From: an uncultured Desulfuromonadales bacterium
Lineage (GTDB): Bacteria; Desulfobacterota; Desulfuromonadia; Geobacterales; Pseudopelobacteraceae
DNA length: 64,000 bases
Assembly: GCA_903868145.1 (NCBI GenBank)
Contig: CAIPTY010000036.1
Span: 9 to 64,008 of the forward strand
Reading direction: 5' to 3'
The position numbers were made by a program, and so were the translations under genes. Positions 9,172-18,978 of the stretch are shown in pieces. Below the pieces are notes generated by a model. It was given only the letters and a program-made list of their open reading frames with translations, did not search any database and was not told where the DNA came from. The first letter of the stretch is position 1; every line of letters begins with the position of its first letter.

Positions 9172-10346
9172 CAGATAACTCCCAGCGATCTTCCCACGGT
9201 GGCGATACGATCTGCGGCCCATTCCAGATCATCGCGTGTGTGTGTTGCCATTACCGTGCAGCGCAACCGGGATGCACCGGCCGGCACCGTAGGGGGTCGG
9301 ATGCCCTGGACAAAAACGCCTTCATCCAGCAGAAGCCGGGAAAACCGCATGGTGGTCTCTGCCTCTCCAACCATGATGGGGATGATCTGGGTGGTGCTTC
9401 CCGGCAGTTCAAAACCGGCCTGCCCCAGTAGCTTTCTGAACAGCGCCGCATTTTCGGCGAGCCGCAGTCTGCGCTGTGCACCTTCCGGTGACCGAACAAC
9501 CCCGATGGCGGCAGATGATGCGGCCAGCACTGCCGGAGGGAGAGACGTGGAAAAAATGAAACTGCGGGCGCGATTGATCAGCAGATCCCGCAGCGGAGCT
9601 GATACGGCCGAATATGCGCCGAAACTCCCCAGGGCTTTCCCGAAGGTTCCCATCTGGATATCAATATCATCCGAGACCCCCAACAGCTCCGCAACGCCCC
9701 TGCCCTGCTCTCCCACAACGCCGCTGCCATGGGCGTCATCCACCATGAGCAGCCCCTTGAATCTGCGTTTCAGTTCAACAAGCTCGCGCAGGTGCGCCAT
9801 ATCGCCATCCATGCTGAAGACGCCATCGGTAACAATCAGGATGCGCCCGTTGCTGCGATTTTTTTCCATACGTTTTGACAACGCAACATGGTCATTGTGC
9901 GGATACCGAATCAGCCGCGCTCCCGACAGCAGTGCGCCATCAATGATGCTGGCATGATTGAGCCGGTCTGAATAGATGACATCTCCTCGACCGGCCAGCG
10001 CCGGGATGATGCCGGTATTGGCGGCATAGCCGCTATTAAAGAGCAGCGCCGCATCGGTATTCTTGAAGCTGGCAACTTCAGACTCCAGGCGTTCATGCAG
10101 TTCCATGGTGCCCGACACGAGCCGTGAAGCGCCGCTTGAGGTGCCATACTGTTGGGCAGCCCGCACAGACGCCTCGATCAGCACCGGATGATCGGCCAGG
10201 CCGAGGTAGTTGTTGGAGCAGAGTATCAGCACCGACCTTCCGTCTATCTGCACGTGAGCAGATTGACAGCCGCCGATAACACGGGTAGAGCGAAACAATC
10301 CCCGTTCCCGAATCTCTTGAAGTTGTTCTTCTATCGAAATTTCCAC
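9171..10346 (-). CDS. bioF: 8-amino-7-oxononanoate synthase
   Basis: This 391-aa class II aminotransferase shows NNYLGL, DDAHG and the PLP-lysine region GTFGKALG. Confidence 0.9.
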   Translation of the reverse strand: MEISIEEQLQEIRERGLFRSTRVIGGCQSAHVQIDGRSVLILCSNNYLGLADHPVLIEASVRAAQQYGTSSGASRLVSGTMELHERLESEVASFKNTDAALLFNSGYAANTGIIPALAGRGDVIYSDRLNHASIIDGALLSGARLIRYPHNDHVALSKRMEKNRSNGRILIVTDGVFSMDGDMAHLRELVELKRRFKGLLMVDDAHGSGVVGEQGRGVAELLGVSDDIDIQMGTFGKALGSFGAYSAVSAPLRDLLINRARSFIFSTSLPPAVLAASSAAIGVVRSPEGAQRRLRLAENAALFRKLLGQAGFELPGSTTQIIPIMVGEAETTMRFSRLLLDEGVFVQGIRPPTVPAGASRLRCTVMATHTRDDLEWAADRIATVGRSLGVI

Positions 10347-10396
10347 GAGCCACCTGAATGGTCAACCAGTAAAAATAATCTGGTTGACAATAGATT

Positions 10397-10430
10397 AAAA
10401 AAAACACGAGCCCTGTTAGACCGGGGCTCG
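10397..10430 (-). terminator. Rho-independent terminator downstream of the guanylyltransferase gene
   Basis: The minus strand reads CGAGCCCC-GGTCTAACA-GGGCTCG followed by TGTTTTTTTT. Confidence 0.6.
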
Positions 10431-10443
10431 CGTTGAAAACCTT

Positions 10444-11520
10444 TTACAACACAGCAGAGCTGCCTTTGCGGCCCAACTCCTCCACAACCTTCTTGACATC
10501 CTGGGCTCGCCCGCGGTCACAGACCAGCAGGGCATCGGGGGTGGAGACAACAATCAGATCGTGCACACCCACCGTGGCCACCACCCTGTTATCGGCATAG
10601 ATCAGACAATCCGAGGAATCTATCGAGATGTGTTCGGTCGAGTTGATACAGACGGTTCCTGCAGAGTCCGGTTCAACCACTTCAGGCAGGGAACTCCAGC
10701 TTCCCACATCGCTCCACCCCATCTCCACCGGAAGTACCTGCACTTTTGACGATTTTTCCATAACCGCGTAATCTATGGATACGTTCTCGACGGCTTCGTA
10801 GATCGATTCGATCTGTTCATCAAGATCAGAGAGTTCCCAGACATCATTATTAAAGGTTATTTTTGAAAGCGCTGCAGACAGGTTGGCGCCATACGCAGCG
10901 ATCTCTGCGAGAATTGTATCGGCTCGCCAGACAAACATGCCGCTGTTCCAGAAAAAATTACCCTCATCCAGATACCTGACAGCCTCTTCCAGAGGGGGTT
11001 TTTCCACAAAACGTCTGACCGGGAACGGCCCCTCTCCCCGAAGTTCCATATCCGCCTCAATATACCCGTATCCTGTCTCAGGGCGTGACGGCATAATGCC
11101 AAGGGTTACCAGATAGCCGTTGCGTGCGGTGTGGGCGGCATGAATCAGGGTCTGTCGCAGGGCCTCCTCATCCTTGATGAAATGGTCGGCGGGCAGGATT
11201 GCCATAACCCCTTCCGGGTCATGCGCGGCAATAACCGCTGCAGCCAGGCCGATTGCAGGGGCAGTGTTTCTGCCAACCGGTTCTGAAATAACGTCAATGG
11301 GGATCTTGCGGAAATGAGCCAGTTGACGCTCGGTTTCTTCCGTCTGAATCCGATTGGTGATGATCAGGATGCGTTTTGGCTTGAGGGGGAGTATCCGCTC
11401 TACCGTTCGCTGGAGCATGGTACGATCGCCGGTGATGGAAATGAGCTGTTTGGGGCGTGCGGCGCGTGATAAAGGCCAGAATCGGGTTCCTGAGCCACCC
11501 GCCAGAATAACAATGTACAT
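10444..11520 (-). CDS. Mannose-1-phosphate guanylyltransferase (NTP-transferase domain only, no C-terminal cupin)
   Basis: It begins MYIVILAGGSGTRFWPLSR, the G-rich NTP loop, with typical ManC/CpsB N-domain similarity across 358 aa. Confidence 0.85.
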   Translation of the reverse strand: MYIVILAGGSGTRFWPLSRAARPKQLISITGDRTMLQRTVERILPLKPKRILIITNRIQTEETERQLAHFRKIPIDVISEPVGRNTAPAIGLAAAVIAAHDPEGVMAILPADHFIKDEEALRQTLIHAAHTARNGYLVTLGIMPSRPETGYGYIEADMELRGEGPFPVRRFVEKPPLEEAVRYLDEGNFFWNSGMFVWRADTILAEIAAYGANLSAALSKITFNNDVWELSDLDEQIESIYEAVENVSIDYAVMEKSSKVQVLPVEMGWSDVGSWSSLPEVVEPDSAGTVCINSTEHISIDSSDCLIYADNRVVATVGVHDLIVVSTPDALLVCDRGRAQDVKKVVEELGRKGSSAVL

Positions 11521-11531
11521 ATCCGGCTCCT

Positions 11532-12071
11532 CTATTTGTATTGTATCCGATCAATAAAATCGGCAATTTCACGTGAGAGAAGGTTGACGGCACCGGTAGT
11601 GTCGTAGATATCCCAGAGCGTCTGACGGAAGTAGGCGACCTCCTGGCCATTGCCACCGTCATGCAGTGTCCCCACTACCGATATGCGAAACCTGCCGATC
11701 CGTACAAAGGTACCTTTCAAGACGAGCGTTGTAGCCGTAGCAGTACCGTTTCGCGAGATATTCTGATAGGTCCGGCGTGATTTGACGTAACGCTCTATTC
11801 CCTCGGACATCTCGGCAGGAATCCGTGAGTAGCGTAACTCCCTGCTGCTCATCTGTCCGTCGCCAGCACTGCTGTAAAGTTCCCGCTTAAGCTCAAAATC
11901 GGTGATCAGCAGGGATTTGTAGGCAGACAGGTGCTTCTGGTTGGTGACGATTTCCTCGTCCATCACAGCCGTGGATGTGGCGGCACATCCGGCAGTCAGA
12001 AGGATCAGAAGCAGGACACCCAAAAACGTCTTCAGGCGTCGGGTGATGTGTGTCACCCGATCAGACCGCAT
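11532..12071 (-). CDS. Lipoprotein of unknown function
   Basis: The lipobox LLTAGC follows a hydrophobic stretch (TFLGVLLLILLTAGCAAT). The start is ambiguous (12071, 12101 or 12107) and overlaps the 3' end of the cupin gene. Confidence 0.6.
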   Translation of the reverse strand: MRSDRVTHITRRLKTFLGVLLLILLTAGCAATSTAVMDEEIVTNQKHLSAYKSLLITDFELKRELYSSAGDGQMSSRELRYSRIPAEMSEGIERYVKSRRTYQNISRNGTATATTLVLKGTFVRIGRFRISVVGTLHDGGNGQEVAYFRQTLWDIYDTTGAVNLLSREIADFIDRIQYK

Positions 12072-12423
12072 CGGGTTTCGTATCGCTGCGGTTGTAGTCA
12101 TCGTCAAACCGCACGATATCGTCTTCGCCCAGGTATTCTCCGTTTTGAACCTCTATGATCACCAGGGGAATCTTGCCGGGATTCTCCAGGCGATGATTCT
12201 TGCCGATTGGAATGAAGGTGGATTCGTTGACGTTGACCACCTGCTGCTGATCCCCGCAGGTTACCAGGGCTGTGCCTGAAACCACAATCCAGTGTTCGCT
12301 GCGATGGTGGTGTTTCTGCAGGGATAGCCGCTGTCCCGGCTTCACTTCAATGCGCTTTATTTTGTAGCTGGTGCTCTCGTCGAGTACCAGATATGAACCC
12401 CACGGACGTTCGCCTCGTTCCAT
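12061..12423 (-). CDS. Stand-alone cupin, mannose-6-phosphate isomerase type II C-terminal domain-like
   Basis: The sequence ERPWGSYLVLDESTSYKIKRIEVKPGQRLSLQKHHHRSEHWIVVSGTA matches the cupin part of bifunctional ManC. Confidence 0.75.
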   Translation of the reverse strand: MERGERPWGSYLVLDESTSYKIKRIEVKPGQRLSLQKHHHRSEHWIVVSGTALVTCGDQQQVVNVNESTFIPIGKNHRLENPGKIPLVIIEVQNGEYLGEDDIVRFDDDYNRSDTKPDAV

Positions 12424-12440
12424 ACTTTCTCCCCCGGAAT

Positions 12441-13271
12441 TTATGATGTTCTCGCATCAAGATAGTTTTTCAATGCGGATCGCCATTGCTGGAGACGTAA
12501 ACCGGTATCCCGCTCAAGTTTTCCGCAATCCAGTGTTGAATACAAAGGGCGGCGGGCCGGTCGATTCAATTCATCGGTCGTCATGCCCCGGACGAGAACC
12601 TGCCGTCCCGTTTCTTCAAAAATGGCCTGTGCAAAGCCATTCCATGAGCAGAAGCCGGAGTTTGCAGCGTGATAGACGCCCCGACTCCCGGTTTTCACAA
12701 GCGCCAGGATGGCGTGAGCCAGATCGACCGTCCAGGTGGGCGATCCGATCTGGTCATCAACAACGGATAGCTCATCCTTTTCTGCGGCCAGACGCAGCAT
12801 GGTTTCTACGAAATTCTTACCGTGCCGTCCGTATAACCACTGGGTACGAATAATCAGATGATCGGGATTGAAGGCCGCATTCATCTCGCCGGCCAGCTTT
12901 GATTCTCCGTAAACGCCCAGCGGACAGGGGGCGTCATCCTCCATATAGGGACTGCCCTTGCCGCCATCAAAGACATAATCGGTGCTGACATGGATCAGTC
13001 GAGCGCCGATTCCTCGGCTTGCCATGGCAAGATGCGCCACCCCTTCGCCATTGACCTGCATGGCGGTTTCCACGTTGATCTCGCAGGCATCCACGTCGGT
13101 ATATGCGGCACAGTTTATGACAACTTCCGGCTTCAGGGTCCTGATGATACGCTCGGTCGACTCCAGCGAGGTGATGTCGATTTCATCAATATCCACGCCA
13201 CGGGCCGCATCACCGATGAGAGCCATCATGTCGCGTCCCAGCATGCCATTGGCGCCGACCACCAGGATCAT
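12441..13271 (-). CDS. rfbD: dTDP-4-dehydrorhamnose reductase
   Basis: It begins MILVVGANGMLG (Rossmann fold) and contains STDYVFDG. Its start overlaps the rfbB stop. Confidence 0.9.
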   Translation of the reverse strand: MILVVGANGMLGRDMMALIGDAARGVDIDEIDITSLESTERIIRTLKPEVVINCAAYTDVDACEINVETAMQVNGEGVAHLAMASRGIGARLIHVSTDYVFDGGKGSPYMEDDAPCPLGVYGESKLAGEMNAAFNPDHLIIRTQWLYGRHGKNFVETMLRLAAEKDELSVVDDQIGSPTWTVDLAHAILALVKTGSRGVYHAANSGFCSWNGFAQAIFEETGRQVLVRGMTTDELNRPARRPLYSTLDCGKLERDTGLRLQQWRSALKNYLDARTS

Positions 13272-14338
13272 GACCGGCCGCCATACTGATTTTCATAATA
13301 TGTTCGATATGCTCCGGAGGTAACATCCGCCACCCACTCCTGGTGCGCCAGGTACCAGTCGATGGTTTCGGTTATTCCACTCTCGAAGGTGTAGGCAGGT
13401 TCCCAGCCCAGATCCCGTTTGAGCCGTGAGGCATCGATGGCATAGCGCCGGTCATGGCCGGGGCGATCCTTGACAAAGGTTATCAATTTTCGGTTCTCAC
13501 CTGCCACACGGTGTAGACGCGCGTCAAGCAGGTCGCAGACCAGGTTGACGATGTCGATGTTCTTCCATTCATTATTGCCGCCGATGTTATAGACCGAACC
13601 GGGACACGCCGTCTTAAGGACAACTTCGATGGCGGCAGCATGATCGCCCACATGCAGCCAGTCCCGGATATTCAGACCATCTCCGTAGACCGGCAGTGGC
13701 CTCTTATTTATGATATTGTGTATCATCAGCGGAATCAGCTTCTCGGGGAAATGGTAGGGGCCGTAGTTGTTGGAGCAACGGGTATTGAGCGTCGGCATGC
13801 CAAAGGTTTCGTGGTAGGCCCGCACCAGCAGGTCAGCCCCGGCCTTGCTGGCAGAATAGGGGGAATTGGCGGCCAGAGGGGTCTCTTCCGTAAAGTAGCC
13901 GGAGTCTCCCAGACTGCCGTACACCTCATCTGTGGAAATCTGCAAAAAACGGAAATCCGCAACAATACCTGCCTGCCAGTGTTTTCGGCTCTCTTCCAGC
14001 AGTATCTGTGACCCCAGCACGTTGGTACGGATGAAAATTTCCGGCCCGGTGATGGAGCGATCCACATGGGATTCCGCTGCGAAATGGACGACCGCATCCA
14101 CCTTTTCCTGCGTCAGAAGTTCTGAAACAAGCGCTGCATCGCCAATGTCACCCTTCACAAAACGATACCGGGCATTGTCGGCGATAGCCGTGAGATTCTT
14201 CAGGTTGCCGGCGTAGGTCAGTGCGTCCAGGTTTGTTATCCGGCAAGCCGGATTGTTGGCGGAAAATGAATGAATAAAGTTTGAACCTATAAAACCGGCT
14301 CCACCGGTAACCAGTATGGATGTGGGAGAAAAAGACAC
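13268..14338 (-). CDS. rfbB: dTDP-glucose 4,6-dehydratase
   Basis: It shows ILVTGGAGFIGSNF, ISTDEVYG and the YSASKAG catalytic motif. Confidence 0.95.
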   Translation of the reverse strand: MSFSPTSILVTGGAGFIGSNFIHSFSANNPACRITNLDALTYAGNLKNLTAIADNARYRFVKGDIGDAALVSELLTQEKVDAVVHFAAESHVDRSITGPEIFIRTNVLGSQILLEESRKHWQAGIVADFRFLQISTDEVYGSLGDSGYFTEETPLAANSPYSASKAGADLLVRAYHETFGMPTLNTRCSNNYGPYHFPEKLIPLMIHNIINKRPLPVYGDGLNIRDWLHVGDHAAAIEVVLKTACPGSVYNIGGNNEWKNIDIVNLVCDLLDARLHRVAGENRKLITFVKDRPGHDRRYAIDASRLKRDLGWEPAYTFESGITETIDWYLAHQEWVADVTSGAYRTYYENQYGGRS

Positions 14339-14461
14339 GCGGGTAGCTTCCTTTCAAAACATGATCAGCATGAAATCTTCACGTTTCCTTTTAGCACATT
14401 ATTTGCTAGGATGGGAACACTTTTACCAACCGGTTGTGCAAAAATGAAAGGAGACGTTGAT

Positions 14462-14647
14462 ATGGGAAATAAGCCTAAATGCAGGTGCGGCAGTGATGAG
14501 CACGCACATCTCTGCATGCTTCGCAGTAACCTGCTGCACGATGAGATTGAAAGGATAACCAGTAAGCCGGAATTCTATTGTTTCATCTGTGGAGGCGAGG
14601 CAAACTGCGCCGACAACGTCTGCGAGCCCGCACAGATCAAAAAATAG
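14462..14647 (+). CDS. Small Cys-rich protein (61 aa), unknown function
   Basis: The ATG at 14462 is preceded by AAAGGAG. The protein starts MGNKPKCRCGSDEHAHLCML and includes FYCFICGGEANCADNVCEP, with 7 Cys in total. No family was recognised. Confidence 0.4.
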   Translation: MGNKPKCRCGSDEHAHLCMLRSNLLHDEIERITSKPEFYCFICGGEANCADNVCEPAQIKK

Positions 14648-14716
14648 ATCTTTTCTGCTTTCAGTCAACTCTCCGCCACAGCACCGTAATCATTCATCTT
14701 ACAGGGAGGAAAGCTT

Positions 14717-15640
14717 ATGCGCGCGATATTTTTTGGCATGGTTCTGTTCTACACTTCGGTTGCCACAGCCGATGTCATCAACATGGAGTTCAAGTTCACC
14801 CCCTACATTGGTGATTCGGCACAATCAAAACAGGTTGAGACTGTTCCCGGTAACGCCAGGGTATTTATCAATAACGTATTCCTGGCCGAGCAGGAGGTTC
14901 GCGAAGAAAAGGTTCCGGTTCTGTTTGAGGAACGGGAGATCGCTCCGGCAGTATGGATGCCGATGAGCTCGCTGGGAGCAGCTCTGCGCAAGGGCAAAAA
15001 CATGATACGCATCGAGTTTGTGCCCGCAAAAGCCAATAAGCCATATAACGCACGGCTTAGCTGGGCGTATGTGATGGATCAGTCAACCGAGAAAAGCGAT
15101 AACGGCCATTTTCAATCAACAAACCAGAGCGGTACGGGCCAGGAGGACAAGACCGTAACCGGTAAAATCGTGCTACAGCGTGAATTCATTGCAAATTTTG
15201 CTGCTGACCAGCCGTGGCATCATTATCCGCCGGTGATATCACTGAGTGACGAAGACAAGAAGATTCTGGCTCTTATGGTGAAAAAACGGTCGGAGATGTT
15301 TAAACCCAATTTTGCTGGACTCTACGAGGTGCTGGGTAAATATCCGAATATGAATCTTGATGAGCTGAAAAAAGCACGATGTCTCGATAAGGCATATACT
15401 GCGGGTGTTCGGATCAATCCTCCCACCCAGAATCAACTTGACTTTATCCTCTCCGGCAATCCGGAGGTCGTTGTCAGCCGCACAGCTTATGCTCCGCTCT
15501 ATGCTTTCGATGAGAAAACCTTTTCACGCATCAAAGGAGATGAAACCCAGATGTGCGCCGCCATGGCACTTTCCTTTGCCTATCCGCCTCGATTTGTAGT
15601 GGTGCGGTCACCGGCAGGTACCTGGGAGATCGTCTACTAA
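14717..15640 (+). CDS. Secreted hypothetical protein
   Basis: RBS GGGAGGAAAG precedes the start. The signal peptide is MRAIFFGMVLFYTSVATADV. No family was recognised. Confidence 0.6.
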   Translation: MRAIFFGMVLFYTSVATADVINMEFKFTPYIGDSAQSKQVETVPGNARVFINNVFLAEQEVREEKVPVLFEEREIAPAVWMPMSSLGAALRKGKNMIRIEFVPAKANKPYNARLSWAYVMDQSTEKSDNGHFQSTNQSGTGQEDKTVTGKIVLQREFIANFAADQPWHHYPPVISLSDEDKKILALMVKKRSEMFKPNFAGLYEVLGKYPNMNLDELKKARCLDKAYTAGVRINPPTQNQLDFILSGNPEVVVSRTAYAPLYAFDEKTFSRIKGDETQMCAAMALSFAYPPRFVVVRSPAGTWEIVY

Positions 15641-15769
15641 CGCGGTACGTTAACGCCTCATGTTCGTTGTTTCACCGTGGATGGCACTTGGTTGTCACCT
15701 GGAGCGGGTCGGCTGCATTTTCATATTGTAGCCGCTACTGTCAGTAAACGTACTTCAAATGAGATCGGT

Positions 15770-16654
15770 ATGAAAACGAGAACAATCAGACTGCTGATAG
15801 CATTGGCGTTCATGGCACTTGTTCCAGCATGCGCCACCACGCCTTCACACCCTGACCTGCCTCAAAAACCTGTAAAGATAGCCCTGGTATTAGGAGCAGG
15901 TGCGGCCAAAGGGTTCGCACACGTGGGGGTTATTAAAATTCTGGAGGCACAGAAGATACCGATTCACATGATTGTCGGTACCAGCTCTGGAAGCTTTGTG
16001 GGTTGCCTGTATGCCTACGGCTACGATGGATATGCATTGCAGGGTATTGCGCTCGCACTACAAAAAAAAGATGTTGCGGAACTGACCATACCTGACAACG
16101 GATTTGTCAAGGGAGAACGACTGCGCGATTTCATCAACACAAAAGTCCATAATCTGCCGATTGAAAAATTTAAAATCCCTTTTTATGCGATCGCAACAGA
16201 CATTAAGAGCGGAGAAGGGGTCGTCTTTAACTCCGGAAACGCAGGCATGGCGGTACAGGCAAGTTCAGCAGTGCCGGGGGTCTATCAACCGGCGAAATTC
16301 TCCGGGACAAGCTATGTTGACGGGGGCGTGGTCAATCCCCTTGCTGTCGATGTCGCCAGAAAATACGGAGCAGATGTGGTAATCGCGGTTGACATCACCT
16401 ACGGCGTTGATGCAACAGTGCCCACCTCTACTATGGAAACTGTCATGAAGTCCATGGAGATCATGTACAACAAGATATCACAGATTCCTGTCAGTCAAGC
16501 CGACGTCGTCATCAGGCCAAAAGTGGGATTCGTCGGAGCAGCGGATTTCAACTCACGTAACGCAGCCATCCTGGAAGGAGAAAAAGCAGCCTCGGCAACC
16601 ATCCCGAAAATAAATGCGATACTGGACAAACTCCGCCAGGAAGGGCGGTTATAG
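15770..16654 (+). CDS. Patatin-like phospholipase, lipoprotein-type signal
   Basis: I start it at MKTRTIRLLIALAFMALVPAC. It has the GxGxxG motif (GAGAAKG), the GxSxG motif (GTSSG) and the Asp of the catalytic dyad in YVDGGV. Confidence 0.85.
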   Translation: MKTRTIRLLIALAFMALVPACATTPSHPDLPQKPVKIALVLGAGAAKGFAHVGVIKILEAQKIPIHMIVGTSSGSFVGCLYAYGYDGYALQGIALALQKKDVAELTIPDNGFVKGERLRDFINTKVHNLPIEKFKIPFYAIATDIKSGEGVVFNSGNAGMAVQASSAVPGVYQPAKFSGTSYVDGGVVNPLAVDVARKYGADVVIAVDITYGVDATVPTSTMETVMKSMEIMYNKISQIPVSQADVVIRPKVGFVGAADFNSRNAAILEGEKAASATIPKINAILDKLRQEGRL

Positions 16655-16753
16655 TATTCAAGCACAGTACGTGTCTGTTTTCGGGGACAATTCCCTTGTT
16701 GCAATGGCGGTCACCTTACAGATGCTGCTGGTTTTTGTCATTGCGCATTCGCA

Positions 16754-17143
16754 TCAAGTTTTTGCGCCACAAGATCCGCAGAATTTTACTCCGGCTGCCA
16801 AATCGGCACCACAACTACATTTTACTGAAGATTTGCCAGCATCAGAAGACTCATTTGATTTGTTCTGATGCTGGACTATTGAATCTTCAAGCGACCTGAT
16901 CTGCACTGTCAGTTCTTGTATTTCCGAACTTTTAACCTGCAGTTTTCCCTCATCAATAGCACCGTTTTGAATCATCTCATGCGCAAGTTCGCCCAAATCA
17001 GTGAGTAGTTTTTTCTTCTGGGCTTCCAAAGCGCATATATCGCTTTTCAGCTTGGTTGTATCAATCAACTCCTGAGTTAATGCGGATGCAGTCGCAACCC
17101 CTTTATTGATGGTGTCCTTCAACTTGTCAAAAAAGTCAGCCAT
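16754..17143 (-). CDS. Coiled-coil protein with a C-terminal zinc ribbon
   Basis: The ATG at 17143 follows GGGAGGAATT. The C-terminus reads VKCSCGADLAAGVKFCGSCGAKT. Confidence 0.6.
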   Translation of the reverse strand: MADFFDKLKDTINKGVATASALTQELIDTTKLKSDICALEAQKKKLLTDLGELAHEMIQNGAIDEGKLQVKSSEIQELTVQIRSLEDSIVQHQNKSNESSDAGKSSVKCSCGADLAAGVKFCGSCGAKT

Positions 17144-17407
17144 AATTCCTCCCACACGATAATTTATTAACATTCATACATATATGCTACATGGTATATC
17201 ACCCAAACATCTTGCCGTCAAATAAAAACCCACGAGTAAGAAAGATTTGGCTACTCAAAAAAACTCTTCAGTAAATCAGATGTATGCCATAACGGTTCTC
17301 CTATATTTTGGTGTTCAGTAAACGATACAAACTCTCAGACAGAAAACAAATACATGTGATAATACAGCCTGTTTAAAATATTGTTGGCATCTGACTAAAA
17401 ATAATTG

Positions 17408-17436
17408 TTGCAAGTATTCAAAAGATCGAGTATCAA
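17408..17436 (+). promoter_or_regulatory. Candidate sigma70 promoter of the tRNA-fMet gene
   Basis: TTGCAA (17408-17413) is followed by a 17-nt spacer and TATCAA (17431-17436). The -10 element ends 17 nt before the mature tRNA 5' end. Confidence 0.35.
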
Positions 17437-17453
17437 TGGGATTCACTTCATGT

Positions 17454-17530
<77 letters not shown>

Positions 17531-17540
17531 AATAATTTCA

Positions 17541-17571
17541 GGGACTTGCGTAACCGGCAAGTCCCTTTTTT
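17541..17571 (+). terminator. Rho-independent terminator after tRNA-fMet
   Basis: GGGACTTGC-GTAACCG-GCAAGTCCC is followed by TTTTTT. Confidence 0.7.
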
Positions 17572-17590
17572 ATTACGTTATTGGTCATTT

Positions 17591-17621
17591 GTACCCTAAA
17601 TTGTACCCTAACGTACCCTAA
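17591..17621. repeat. Three direct copies of GTACCCTAA just inside the left island end; candidate integrase arm-type sites
   Basis: The copies are at 17591-17599, 17603-17611 and 17613-17621. Two more copies in the same orientation lie at the right end (30187-30195 and 30199-30207). Confidence 0.5.
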
Positions 17622-17657
17622 GGGGCCTCTGCCGCCGCTCTATGAGAGGATGCGCAC

Positions 17658-18899
17658 ATGGCCAGTCTTAAGAAACGTGGTAAAACCTATTACGCTCAAT
17701 ACTATAACGGCACCCAGCAAGTAAGAAAAAATCTCTATACCGACAGCCTCCAGATTGCCAAGGAGAAGCTCCGGCAACTGGAATCCGCTCTATATCGTCA
17801 AGTTGATATCCCCCTTCCCACCAGGAACACCGTCGAGAAGATTGTCGGCGATTACGTTGATCACCTTTATATCGTAAAGCGCGACAAGAACGCTCAGAAG
17901 GTTATCTCATACCTGCGGGACGCTTTAGGCCCGATCTGCGACCAGCTCAAAATCAAGAAGCAAAAGGTGGCAGATAAGTCTGTCAAACGGAAGGCCGTTC
18001 ACCCGATTAATCCGATTCAATCGGTTTACTTCGAGCAGATCACTACTGAGGATATCTCACGATTCATTGCCTCGGTTGTCCGCAGTAAGGGGATCAAACC
18101 GAAGACTGCCAACCGGTACCGGGAAATCCTCACCAGGTTGTTCAACTGGGCTACCACACAGCGTGGTGTTGTGCTGCCAGGCGGAAAGAACCCTGCTGCA
18201 GCCGTTGAACGTTACAAGGAAGCTGACCCGGTGATCGTGTACCTGTCTTTGAATGAGATCGAAGAGCAACTTACCGCGCTGGCAGATGAACCACAGCTCC
18301 AGACAATGGTGGCCCTCTATATCTATACTGGCGTCCGACGGGAAGAGGCTCTATGGTTGACGACTGCCGATATTGATCTGGATGCCGGTCCCTACGGCAT
18401 GATCTATATTGTGACCAAGTCTATTGATGACAAGGACTGGCATGCCAAGACTCATAAGAAACGGGTAGTTCCCATCAGCAGCCAACTCAGAGCCTATCTG
18501 GATCGGTATACTCCGATGAAGACTGAAGAGAACTGGTTTTTCCCCTCACCTAAAGGGGCTTTCTGGGATCCTGATAACTTTTCATCGGACTTGAGGGAGT
18601 TCAACAGGAAGATGGGGTTGAAATGGTCATGTGATGAATACCGGCATACCTTCGGCAGCCAGCTGGCGAGAAAGGGGGAGAGTCTATACAAGATCTCCAA
18701 ATTGATGGGTAATTCCCCCGAGGTATGCCGGAAGCATTATGCTCACTTGGAGCCTGATGCATTGATTGACTCGGTTGAGTTTCCTGTCGAAGGTGGGAAG
18801 GCAGTATCACCCCCCCAGCCCTTGGTTTCATTATCGGCTCCCATAGCGGTACAGGAACCCGAAACGCCCAGGCTGAGGTTGGTGGTCAATAACCGGTAG
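17658..18899 (+). CDS. int: Tyrosine-type site-specific integrase
   Basis: The 413-aa protein has a SAM-like N-domain. The catalytic signature includes RREE...(R), HKKRVVPI, YRHTFGS (HxxR) and CRKHYAHL (the Tyr). It is adjacent to the tRNA att site. Confidence 0.9.
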   Translation: MASLKKRGKTYYAQYYNGTQQVRKNLYTDSLQIAKEKLRQLESALYRQVDIPLPTRNTVEKIVGDYVDHLYIVKRDKNAQKVISYLRDALGPICDQLKIKKQKVADKSVKRKAVHPINPIQSVYFEQITTEDISRFIASVVRSKGIKPKTANRYREILTRLFNWATTQRGVVLPGGKNPAAAVERYKEADPVIVYLSLNEIEEQLTALADEPQLQTMVALYIYTGVRREEALWLTTADIDLDAGPYGMIYIVTKSIDDKDWHAKTHKKRVVPISSQLRAYLDRYTPMKTEENWFFPSPKGAFWDPDNFSSDLREFNRKMGLKWSCDEYRHTFGSQLARKGESLYKISKLMGNSPEVCRKHYAHLEPDALIDSVEFPVEGGKAVSPPQPLVSLSAPIAVQEPETPRLRLVVNNR

Positions 18900-18978
18900 T
18901 AACATCGATAGGGGTAGTGCGGGGACTACCTCGGGGGACTCGCGAATCCGAGGTAGCGGAGCTATTCAATTGTAGGGG

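Noticed and set aside
7743-9957. Plus-strand ORFs 7743-8408, 8128-8598, 8656-9090 and 9103-9957.
   Set aside because: They are antisense to bioC, bioH and bioF, and show no domain signatures.
17591-17621. Short direct repeats considered as a possible mini-CRISPR array.
   Set aside because: The 9-bp units have 1-3-bp spacers, no cas genes are nearby, and copies occur at both island ends. They fit recombinase arm sites, not CRISPR.
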